Source: Eledone cirrhosa (lineage: Eukaryota). Taken from it: a stretch of 64,000 nucleotides of DNA. Made by a program: the position numbers and the translations under genes. The stretch lies in assembly GCA_964016885.1 (NCBI GenBank), contig OZ024741.1, positions 255,688,001 to 255,752,000 of the forward strand. The letters run 5' to 3'. The stretch's first letter is position 1; each line of letters starts with the position of its first letter. This document shows, piece after piece, positions 1 through 11,244 of the stretch. Under the pieces are notes generated by a model. That model saw nothing but the letters and a program-made list of their open reading frames with translations. It was not told the origin of the DNA and searched no databases.

Positions 1-1597
1 TTCGGCTTACGAGTGTTTTGACTTACGAATGTTTTGACTTACGATTGTTTCGGCTTACGAGTGTTTCGACTTACGAGTGTTCTGACTACGAGTGTTCTGA
101 CTTACGGGTGATCTGACTTACGAGTGTTCCGACTTACGAGTGTTTCGGCTTATGAGTGTTTCGACTTACGAGTGCTTCGACTTACGAGTGTTTCGGCTTA
201 CGGGTGTTTCGACTTACGAATGTTTTTGCTTACGAGTGTTTCGGCTTACGAGTGTTTCGGTTTATGAGTGTTTCGACTTACGAGTGTTTTGACTTACGGG
301 TGTTTTGACATACGAGTGTTTCGATACGATTGTTCTGACTTACGAGTGTTTCCGCTTACGAGTGTTTCGGCTTACGGGTGTTTCGACTTACTAATGTTTT
401 TACTTACGAGTGTTTCGGTGTACGAATGTTTCGACTTAAGGATGTTTCGACTTACGAGTGTTTCGACTTACGAGTGTTTCGACTTACGAGTGTTTCGACT
501 TACGAGTGTTTTGGCTTACGAATGTTTTGACTTACGGGTGTTTCGACTTACGAGTGTTTCGACTTATGAGTGTTTGGACTTACGAGTGTTTCGGCTTATG
601 AGTGTTTCGACTTACGAGTGCTTCGGCTTACGAGTGTTTCGACTGACGAGTATTTCGGCTTACGAGTGTTTCGACGTACGAATGTTTTGGCTTACGAGTG
701 TTTCGGCTTATGAGTGTTTCGGCTTACGAGTGTTTCGACTTACGAAGGTTTCGGCTTACGAGTGTTTCAGTGTTTCGGCTTACGTGTGTTTCGACTTACG
801 AGTGTTTCGACTTACGACTGTTTCGGCTTACGAGTGTTTCGGCTTACGAGTGTTTCGGCTTACGAGTGTTTTGAATTACGATTGTTTGGCTTACGAGTGT
901 TCTGACTTACGGGTGTTCTGACTTACGAGGGTTCCGACTTACGAGTGTTTCGGCTTATGAGGGTTTCGACTTACGAGTGCTTCGGCTTACGAGTGTTTCG
1001 ACTTACGAGTGTTTCGGCTTACGAGTGTTTCGACTTACGAGTGTTTTGACTTACGGTGTTTCGGCTTACGAGTGTTTCGACATACGAGTGTTTTGACGTA
1101 CGGGTGTTTTGACTTACGGGTCTTTCGACTTAAGAGTGTTTCGACTTACGAGCGCTTCGACTTACGAGTGTTTCGACTTACGAGTGTTTCGGCGTATGAG
1201 TGTTTTGACTTACGAGTGTTTCGACTTACGAGTGTTTCGACTTACGAGTGTTTCGAATTACGAGTGTTTCGACTTACGAGTGTTTTGACTTACGAGTGTT
1301 TTGACTTACGGTGTTTCTGCTTACGAGTGTTTCGACTTACGAGTGTTATGACTTACGGGTGTTTTGACATACGAGTGTTTCGACTTACGAGTGTTTTGAC
1401 TTACGGGTGTTTTGACATACGAGTGTTTCGATAGGAGTGTTCTGACTTACGAGTGTTCTGACTTACGAGTGTTCTGACTTACGAGTGTTCTGACTTACGA
1501 GTGTTCTGACTTACGAGTGTTCTGACTTACGAGTGTTCCGACTTTACGAGTGTTTCGGCTCACGAGTGTTTCGGCTTACGAGTGTTTCGACTTACGA

Positions 1598-1666
1598 AAA
1601 TAACAAATAGACGCGGTTTCAAATCTCTATGCTTTTCAAATTCATTACATTAATCTTTATTTATAC
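1598..1666. repeat. 69-bp AT-rich interspersed element, copy 1 (AAATAACAAATAGACGCGGTTTCAAATCTCTATGCTTTTCAAATTCATTACATTAATCTTTATTTATAC)
   Basis: Non-monomer sequence between TTACGA and GTTTCGCTTTACGAG. 17/69 bases are G or C. The right boundary is ambiguous by a few bp. Confidence 0.95.
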
Positions 1667-3414
1667 GTTTCGCTTTACGAGTGTTTCGACTTACGAGTGT
1701 TTCGACATACGAGTGTTTCGGCTTACGAGTGTTTTGATTTACGAGTGTTTTGACTTACGGGTGCTTCGACTTACGCGTGTTTCGACTTACGAGTGTTTCG
1801 ACTTACGAGTGTTTCGGCTTATGAGTGTTTTGACTTACGAATGTTTTGACTTACGATTGTTTCGGCTTACGAGTGTTTCGACTTACGAGTGTTCTGACTA
1901 CGAGTGTTCTGACTTACGGGTGTTCTGACTTACGAGTGTTCTGACTTACGAGTGTTTCGGCTTATGAGTGTTTCGACTTACGAGTGCTTCGACTTACGAG
2001 TGTTTCGGCTTACGGGTGTTTCGACTTACGAGTATTTCGGCTTACGAGTGTTTCGACGTACGAATGTTTTGGCTTACGAGTGTTTCGGCTTATGAGTGTT
2101 TCGGCTTACGAGTGTTTCGACTTACGAGTGTTTCGGCTTACGAGTGTTTCAGTGTTTCGGCTTACGTGTGTTTCGACTTACGATTGTTTCGACTTACGAC
2201 TGTTTCGGCTTACGAGTGTTTCGGCTTGCGAGTGTTTCGGCTTACGAGTGTTTTGACTTACGAGTGTTTCGACATACGAGTGTTTTGACTTACGGGTGTT
2301 TCGACTTACGAGTGTTTTCACTTACGAATGTTTTGACTTACGGGTGTTTCGGCTTACGAGTGTTTCGACTTACGAGTGTTTCGGCTTACGAGTGTTTCGA
2401 CTTACTAATATTTTTTACTTACGAGTGTTTCGGCGTACGAGAGTTTTGACTTACGCGTGTTTCGACTTACGAGTGTTTCGACTTACGAGTATTTTGACTT
2501 ACGAATGTTTTGACTTACGGGTGTTTCGGCTTACGAGTGTTTCGACTTACGAGTCTTTCGGCTTACGAGTGTTTCGACTTACTAATGTTTTTACTTACGA
2601 GTGTTTCGGCGTACGAGTGTTTCGACTTCCGAGTGTTTCGACTTACGGGTGTTTTGACTTACGGGTGTATCGGCTTACGAGTGTTTTGACTTACGAGTGT
2701 TTTGACTTAAGGGTGTTTCGACTTACGAGTATTTTTGGCTTACGAGTGTTTCGACTTACGAGTGTTTTGACTTACGAGTGTTCTGATTTACGGATGTTTC
2801 GACATACGAGTGTTTCGACTTACGAGTGTTTCGACTTACGAGTGTTTCGGCTTGTGATTGTTTCGACTTACGAGTGTTTTGACTTACGGTGTTTCAGCTT
2901 ACGAGTGTTTCGACTTACGAGTGTTTTGACTTACGGGTGTTTTGACATACGAGTGTTTCGATACGAGTGTTCTGACTTACGAGTGTTCTGACTTACGATT
3001 GTTTTGACTTACGAGTGTTCTGACTTACGAGTGTTCCGACTTACGAGTGTTCCGACCTACGAGTGTTTCGGCTTACGAGTGTTTTGACTTAAGGGTGTTT
3101 CGACTTACGAGTGTTCCGACTTACGAGTGTTTCGGCTTACGAGTGTTTCGACTTACGAGTGTTTCGACTTACGAGTGTTCCGACTTACGGGTGTTTCGAC
3201 TTACGAGTGTTTTGGCTTACGGTCTTTCGACTTACGAGTGTTTCGAGTTAAGAGTGTTTTGACTTACGAGTGTTCTGATTTACGAGTGTTCTGACTTACG
3301 AGTGTTCTGACTTACGAGTGTTCTGACTTACGAGTGTTCTGACTTACGAGTGTTCCGACTTTACGAGTGTTTCGGCTCACGAGTGTTTCGGCTTACGAGT
3401 GTTTCGACTTACGA

Positions 3415-3483
3415 AAATAACAAATAGACGCGGTTTCAAATCTCTATGCTTTTCAAATTCATTACATTAATCTTTATTTATAC
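3415..3483. repeat. 69-bp AT-rich element, copy 2
   Basis: Same sequence as 1598-1666; internal ATG at 3446. Confidence 0.95.
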
Positions 3484-6277
3484 GTTTCGCTTTACGAGTG
3501 TTTCGACTTACGAGTGTTTCGACATACGAGTGTTTCGACTTACGAATGTTTTTGCTTACGGGTGTTTCGACTTACGAATGTTTTTGCTTACGAGTGTTTC
3601 GGTTTACGAGTGTTCCGACTTACGAGTGTTCCGACTTACGAGTGTTTCGGCTTACGAGTGTTTCCGGCTTACGAGTGTTTCAACTTACGAGTGTTCTGAC
3701 TTACGAGTGTTCTGATTTACGGATGTTTCGACACACGAGTGTTTCGAATTACGAGTGTTTCGACTTACGAGTGTTTTGACTTACGGGTGTTTTGACATAC
3801 GAGTGTTTCGATACGAGTGTTTCGACTTACGAGTGTTCTGACTTACGAGTGTTCTGATTTACGGATGTTTCGACATACGAGTGTTTCGACTTACGAGTGT
3901 TTCGACTTATGAGTGTTTCGACTTACGAGTGTTTCGGATTACGAGTGTTTCGACTTACGAGTGTTTTGACTTACGGTATTTCGGCTTACGAGTGTTTCGA
4001 CTTACGAGTGTTTTGACTTACGGGTGTTTTGACATACGAGTGTTTCGATACGAGTGTTCTGACTTACGAGTGTTCTGACTTACGAGTGTTTTGACTTACG
4101 AGTGTTCTGACTTACGGGTGTTTCGACTTACGAGTATTTTTGGCTTACCAGTGTTTCGACTTACGAGTGTTTTGACTTACGAGTGTTCTGATTTACGGAT
4201 GTTTCGACACACGAGTGTTTCGACTTACGAATGTTTCGACTTATGAGTGTTTCGACTTACGAGTGTTTCGGCTTACGAGTGTTTCGACTTACGAGTGTTT
4301 TGACTTACGGTGTTTCGGCTTACGAGTGTTTCGACTTACGAGTGTTTTGACTTACGGGTGTTTTGACATACGAGTGTTTCGATACGAGTGTTCTGACTTA
4401 CGAGTGTTCTGACTTACGAGTGTTTCGACTTACGAGTGTTTCGGCTTACGAGTGTTTCGACTTACGAGTGTTTTGACTTACGGTGTTTCGGCTTACGAGT
4501 GTTTCGACTTACGAGCGTTTTGACTTACGGGTGTTTTGACATACGAGTGTTTCGATACGAGTGTTCTGACTTACGAGTGTTCTGACTTACGAGTGTTTTG
4601 ACTTACGAGTGTTCTGACTTACGGGTGTTTCGACTTACGAGTATTTTTGGCTTACCAGTGTTTCGACTTACGAGTGTTTTGACTTACGAGTGTTCTGATT
4701 TACGGATGTTTCGACACACGAGTGTTTCGACTTACGAATGTTTCGACTTATGAGTGTTTCGACTTACGAGTGTTTCGGCTTACGAGTGTTTCGACTTACG
4801 AGTGTTTTGACTTACGGTGTTTCGGCTTACGAGTGTTTCGACTTACGAGTGTTTTGACTTACGGGTGTTTTGACATACGAGTGTTTCGATACGAGTGTTC
4901 TGACTTACGAGTGTTCTGACTTACGAGTGTTTTGACTTACGAGTGTTCTGACTTACGAGTGTTCCGACTTACGAGTGTTCCGACTTACGAGTGTTTCGGC
5001 TTACGAGTGTTTCCGGCTTACGAGTGTTTCGACTTCCGAGTGTTTTGACTTACGGTGTTTCGGCTTACGAGTGATTCGACTTACGAGTGTTTTGACTTAC
5101 GGGTGATTTGACTTACGGGTGTTGTGAATTTCGAGTGTTCCGATTTACGAGTGTTTTGACTTACGGTGTTTCGGCTTACGAGTGATTCGACTTACGAATG
5201 TTTTGACTTACGGGTGTTTCGGCTTGCGAGTGTTTCGACTTACGAGTGTTTCGGCTTATGGGTGTTTCGACTTACTAATGTTTTTACTTACGAGTGTTTC
5301 GGCGTACGAGTGTTTCGACTTACGAGTGTTTCGACTTACGAGTGTTTCGACTTACGAGTGTTTCGGCTTACGTGAGTTTCGACTTAAGAGTGTTCTGATT
5401 TACGAGTGTTCTGACTTGCGGGTGTTCTGATTTACGAGTGTTCCGACTTACGAGTGTTTCGGCTTATTAGTGTTTCGACTTACGAGTGTTTCGGCTTACG
5501 AGTGTTTCGACTTATGGGTGTTTCGACTTACGAGTGTTTTTACTTACGGTGTTTCGGCTTACGAGTGTTTCGACATACGAGTGTTTTGACTTACGGGTGT
5601 TTCGACTTACGAGTGTTTTGACTTACGAATGTTTTGACTTACGGGTGTTTCGGATTACGAGTGTTTCGACTTACGAGTGTTTCGGCTTACGAGTGTTTCG
5701 ACTTACTAATGTTCTTACGAGTGTTTCGGCGTACGAGAGTTTTGACTTACGAGTGTTTCGACTTACGAGTGTTTTGACTTACGGTGTTTCGGCTTACGAG
5801 TGTTTCGACATACGAGTGTTTTGACGTACGGGTGTTTTGACTTACGGGTCTTTCGACTTAAGAGTGTTTCGACTTACGAGCGCTTCGACTTACGAGTGTT
5901 TCGACTTACGAGTGTTTCGACTTACGAGTGTTTCGAATTACGAGTGTTTCGACTTACGAGTGTTTTGACTTACGAGTGTTTTGACTTACGGTGTTTCTGC
6001 TTACGAGTGTTTCGACTTACGAGTGTTATGACTTACGGGTGTTTTGACATACGAGTGTTTCGACTTACGAGTGTTTTGACTTACGGGTGTTTTGACATAC
6101 GAGTGTTTCGATAGGAGTGTTCTGACTTACGAGTGTTCTGACTTACGAGTGTTCTGACTTACGAGTGTTCTGACTTACGAGTGTTCTGACTTACGAGTGT
6201 TCTGACTTACGAGTGTTCCGACTTTACGAGTGTTTCGGCTCACGAGTGTTTCGGCTTACGAGTGTTTCGACTTACGA

Positions 6278-6346
6278 AAATAACAAATAGACGCGGTTTC
6301 AAATCTCTATGCTTTTCAAATTCATTACATTAATCTTTATTTATAC
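6278..6346. repeat. 69-bp AT-rich element, copy 3
   Basis: Same sequence; internal ATG at 6309. Confidence 0.95.
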
Positions 6347-8093
6347 GTTTCGCTTTACGAGTGTTTCGACTTACGAGTGTTTCGACATACGAGTGTTTCG
6401 GCTTACGAGTGTTTTGATTTACGAGTGTTTTGACTTACGGGTGCTTCGACTTACGCGTGTTTCGACTTACGAGTGTTTCGACTTACGAGTGTTTCGGCTT
6501 ATGAGTGTTTTGACTTACGAATGTTTTGACTTACGATTGTTTCGGCTTACGAGTGTTTCGACTTACGAGTGTTCTGACTACGAGTGTTCTGACTTACGGG
6601 TGTTCTGACTTACGAGTGTTCTGACTTACGAGTGTTTCGGCTTATGAGTGTTTCGACTTACGAGTGCTTCGACTTACGAGTGTTTCGGCTTACGGGTGTT
6701 TCGACTTACGAGTATTTCGGCTTACGAGTGTTTCGACGTACGAATGTTTTGGCTTACGAGTGTTTCGGCTTATGAGTGTTTCGGCTTACGAGTGTTTCGA
6801 CTTACGAGTGTTTCGGCTTACGAGTGTTTCAGTGTTTCGGCTTACGTGTGTTTCGACTTACGATTGTTTCGACTTACGACTGTTTCGGCTTACGAGTGTT
6901 TCGGCTTGCGAGTGTTTCGGCTTACGAGTGTTTTGACTTACGAGTGTTTCGACATACGAGTGTTTTGACTTACGGGTGTTTCGACTTACGAGTGTTTTCA
7001 CTTACGAATGTTTTGACTTACGGGTGTTTCGGCTTACGAGTGTTTCGACTTACGAGTGTTTCGGCTTACGAGTGTTTCGACTTACTAATATTTTTACTTA
7101 CGAGTGTTTCGGCGTACGAGAGTTTTGACTTACGCGTGTTTCGACTTACGAGTGTTTCGACTTACGAGTATTTTGACTTACGAATGTTTTGACTTACGGG
7201 TGTTTCGGCTTACGAGTGTTTCGACTTACGAGTCTTTCGGCTTACGAGTGTTTCGACTTACTAATGTTTTTACTTACGAGTGTTTCGGCGTACGAGTGTT
7301 TCGACTTCCGAGTGTTTCGACTTACGGGTGTTTTGACTTACGGGTGTATCGGCTTACGAGTGTTTTGACTTACGAGTGTTTTGACTTAAGGGTGTTTCGA
7401 CTTACGAGTATTTTTGGCTTACGAGTGTTTCGACTTACGAGTGTTTTGACTTACGAGTGTTCTGATTTACGGATGTTTCGACATACGAGTGTTTCGACTT
7501 ACGAGTGTTTCGACTTACGAGTGTTTCGGCTTGTGATTGTTTCGACTTACGAGTGTTTTGACTTACGGTGTTTCAGCTTACGAGTGTTTCGACTTACGAG
7601 TGTTTTGACTTACGGGTGTTTTGACATACGAGTGTTTCGATACGAGTGTTCTGACTTACGAGTGTTCTGACTTACGATTGTTTTGACTTACGAGTGTTCT
7701 GACTTACGAGTGTTCCGACTTACGAGTGTTCCGACCTACGAGTGTTTCGGCTTACGAGTGTTTTGACTTAAGGGTGTTTCGACTTACGAGTGTTCCGACT
7801 TACGAGTGTTTCGGCTTACGAGTGTTTCGACTTACGAGTGTTTCGACTTACGAGTGTTCCGACTTACGGGTGTTTCGACTTACGAGTGTTTTGGCTTACG
7901 GTCTTTCGACTTACGAGTGTTTCGAGTTAAGAGTGTTTTGACTTACGAGTGTTCTGATTTACGAGTGTTCTGACTTACGAGTGTTCTGACTTACGAGTGT
8001 TCTGACTTACGAGTGTTCTGACTTACGAGTGTTCCGACTTTACGAGTGTTTCGGCTCACGAGTGTTTCGGCTTACGAGTGTTTCGACTTACGA

Positions 8094-8162
8094 AAATAAC
8101 AAATAGACGCGGTTTCAAATCTCTATGCTTTTCAAATTCATTACATTAATCTTTATTTATAC
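8094..8162. repeat. 69-bp AT-rich element, copy 4
   Basis: Same sequence; internal ATG at 8125. Confidence 0.95.
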
Positions 8163-11100
8163 GTTTCGCTTTACGAGTGTTTCGACTTACGAGTGTTTCG
8201 ACATACGAGTGTTTCGACTTACGAATGTTTTTGCTTACGGGTGTTTCGACTTACGAATGTTTTTGCTTACGAGTGTTTCGGTTTACGAGTGTTCCGACTT
8301 ACGAGTGTTCCGACTTACGAGTGTTTCGGCTTACGAGTGTTTCCGGCTTACGAGTGTTTCAACTTACGAGTGTTCTGACTTACGAGTGTTCTGATTTACG
8401 GATGTTTCGACACACGAGTGTTTCGAATTACGAGTGTTTCGACTTACGAGTGTTTTGACTTACGGGTGTTTTGACATACGAGTGTTTCGATACGAGTGTT
8501 TCGACTTACGAGTGTTCTGACTTACGAGTGTTCTGATTTACGGATGTTTCGACATACGAGTGTTTCGACTTACGAGTGTTTCGACTTATGAGTGTTTCGA
8601 CTTACGAGTGTTTCGGATTACGAGTGTTTCGACTTACGAGTGTTTTGACTTACGGTATTTCGGCTTACGAGTGTTTCGACTTACGAGTGTTTTGACTTAC
8701 GGGTGTTTTGACATACGAGTGTTTCGATACGAGTGTTCTGACTTACGAGTGTTCTGACTTACGAGTGTTCTGATTTACGGATGTTTCGACATACGAGTGT
8801 TTCGACTTACGAGTGTTTCGACTTATGAGTGTTTCGACTTACGAGTGTTTCGGCTTACGAGTGTTTCGACTTACGAGTGTTTTGACTTACGGTGTTTCGG
8901 CTTACGAGTGTTTCGACTTACGAGCGTTTTGACTTACGGGTGTTTTGACATACGAGTGTTTCGATACGAGTGTTCTGACTTACGAGTGTTCTGACTTACG
9001 AGTGTTTTGACTTACGAGTGTTCTGACTTACGGGTGTTTCGACTTACGAGTATTTTTGGCTTACCAGTGTTTCGACTTACGAGTGTTTTGACTTACGAGT
9101 GTTCTGATTTACGGATGTTTCGACACACGAGTGTTTCGACTTACGAATGTTTCGACTTATGAGTGTTTCGACTTACGAGTGTTTCGGCTTACGAGTGTTT
9201 CGACTTACGAGTGTTTTGACTTACGGTGTTTCGGCTTACGAGTGTTTCGACTTACGAGTGTTTTGACTTACGGGTGTTTTGACATACGAGTGTTTCGATA
9301 CGAGTGTTCTGACTTACGAGTGTTCTGACTTACGAGTGTTTTGACTTACGAGTGTTCTGACTTACGAGTGTTCCGACTTACGAGTGTTCCGACTTACGAG
9401 TGTTTCGGCTTACGAGTGTTTCCGGCTTACGAGTGTTTCGACTTCCGAGTGTTTTGACTTACGGTGTTTCGGCTTACGAGTGATTCGACTTACGAGTGTT
9501 TTGACTTACGGGTGTTTTGACTTACGGGTGTTGTGAATTTCGAGTGTTCCGATTTACGAGTGTTTTGACTTACGGTGTTTCGGCTTACGAGTGATTCGAC
9601 TTACGAATGTTTTGACTTACGGGTGTTTCGGCTTGCGAGTGTTTCGACTTACGAGTGTTTCGGCTTATGGGTGTTTCGACTTACTAATGTTTTTACTTAC
9701 GAGTGTTTCGGCGTACGAGTGTTTCGACTTACGAGTGTTTCGACTTACGAGTGTTTCGACTTACGAGTGTTTCGGCTTACGTGAGTTTCGACTTAAGAGT
9801 GTTCTGATTTACGAGTGTTCTGACTTGCGGGTGTTCTGATTTACGAGTGTTCCGACTTACGAGTGTTTCGGCTTATTAGTGTTTCGACTTACGAGTGTTT
9901 CGGCTTACGAGTGTTTCGACTTATGGGTGTTTCGACTTACGAGTGTTTTTACTTACGGTGTTTCGGCTTACGAGTGTTTCGACATACGAGTGTTTTGACT
10001 TACGGGTGTTTCGACTTACGAGTGTTTTGACTTACGAATGTTTTGACTTACGGGTGTTTCGGATTACGAGTGTTTCGACTTACGAGTGTTTCGGCTTACG
10101 AGTGTTTCGACTTACTAATGTTCTTACGAGTGTTTCGGCGTACGAGAGTTTTGACTTACGAGTGTTTCGACTTACGAGTGTTTCGACTTACGAGTGTTTT
10201 GACTTACGAATGTTTTGACTTACGGGTGTTTCGGCTGACGAGTGTTTCGACTTACGAGTCTTTCGGCTTACGAGTGTTTCGACTTACTAATGTTTTTACT
10301 TACGAGTGTTTCGGCGTACGAGTGTTTCGACTTACGAGTGTTTCGACTTACGGGTGTTTTGACTTACGGGTGTTTCGGCTTACGAGTGTTTTGACTTACG
10401 AGTGTTTTGACTTAAGGGTGTTTCGACTTACGAGTATTTTTGGCTTACGAGTGTTTCGACTTACGAGTGTTTTGACTTACGAGTGTTCTGATTTACGGAT
10501 GTTTCGACATACGAGTGTTTCGACTTACGAGTGTTTCGACTTATGAGTGTTTCGACTTACGAGTGTTTCGGCTTATGAGTGTTTCGACTTACGAGTGCTT
10601 CGGCTTACGAGTGTTTCGACTTACGAGTATTTCGGCTTACGAGTGTTTCGACGTACGAATGTTTTGGCTTACGAGTGTTTCGGCTTATGAGTGTTTCGGC
10701 TTACGAGTGTTTCGACTTACGAGTGTTTCGGCTTACGAGTGTTTCAGTGTTTCGGCTTACGTGTGTTTCGACTTACGAGTGTTTCGACTTACGAGTGTTT
10801 TGACTTACGAGTGTTCTGATTTACGGATGTTTCGACATACGAGTGTTTCGACTTACGAGTGTTTCGACTTATGAGTGTTTCGACTTACGAGTGTTTCGAC
10901 TTACGAGTGTTTCGGCTTGTGATTGTTTCGACTTACGAGTGTTTTGACTTACGGTGTTTCAGCTTACGAGTGTTTTGGCTTACGGTGTTTCGGCTTACGA
11001 GTGTTTCGAGTTACGAGTGTTTTGACTTACACGTGTTTTGACATACGAGTGTTTCGATACGAGTGTTCTGACTTACGAGTGTTCTGACTTACGAGTGTTC

Positions 11101-11175
11101 TGACTTACGAGTGTTTCGACTTTACGAGTGTTTCGGCTCACGAGTGTTTCGGCTTACGAGTGTTTCGACTTACGA

Positions 11176-11244
11176 AAATAACAAATAGACGCGGTTTCAA
11201 ATCTCTATGCTTTTCAAATTCATTACATTAATCTTTATTTATAC
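11176..11244. repeat. 69-bp AT-rich element, copy 5
   Basis: Same sequence; internal ATG at 11207. Confidence 0.95.

Larger units (their letters stand above)
1030..10170. repeat. ~4.4-4.7-kb tandem duplication (copy 1 ~1030-5760, copy 2 ~5760-10170)
   Basis: Landmark offsets: 1629->6309 (4680), 3446->8125 and 3881->8560 (4679), 5166->9575 and 5486->9895 (4409). Boundaries are approximate. Confidence 0.85.

Noticed and set aside
1598-1666. Insert as a MITE, SINE or solo LTR
   Set aside because: Only a 6-bp AAATAA/TTATTT inverted match, with no target-site duplication, poly(A) tail, Pol III boxes or TG...CA ends. Identical flanks in all copies argue against independent transposition.
2411-2416. 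T6 versus T5 in paralogous copies (also GG versus GGG near 32624)
   Set aside because: Single-base homopolymer differences may be sequencing errors and are not interpretable without reads.
2786-2800. Variant TACGGATGT resembling Candida-type telomere repeats
   Set aside because: A 9-bp match that is two substitutions from the consensus TACGAGTGT; the rest of the yeast repeat is absent.
2955-2966. TTTCGATACG as a DRE/BEAF-32 (TATCGATA/CGATA) site
   Set aside because: It is simply a monomer lacking CT, it is not a perfect DRE, and the host taxon is unknown.
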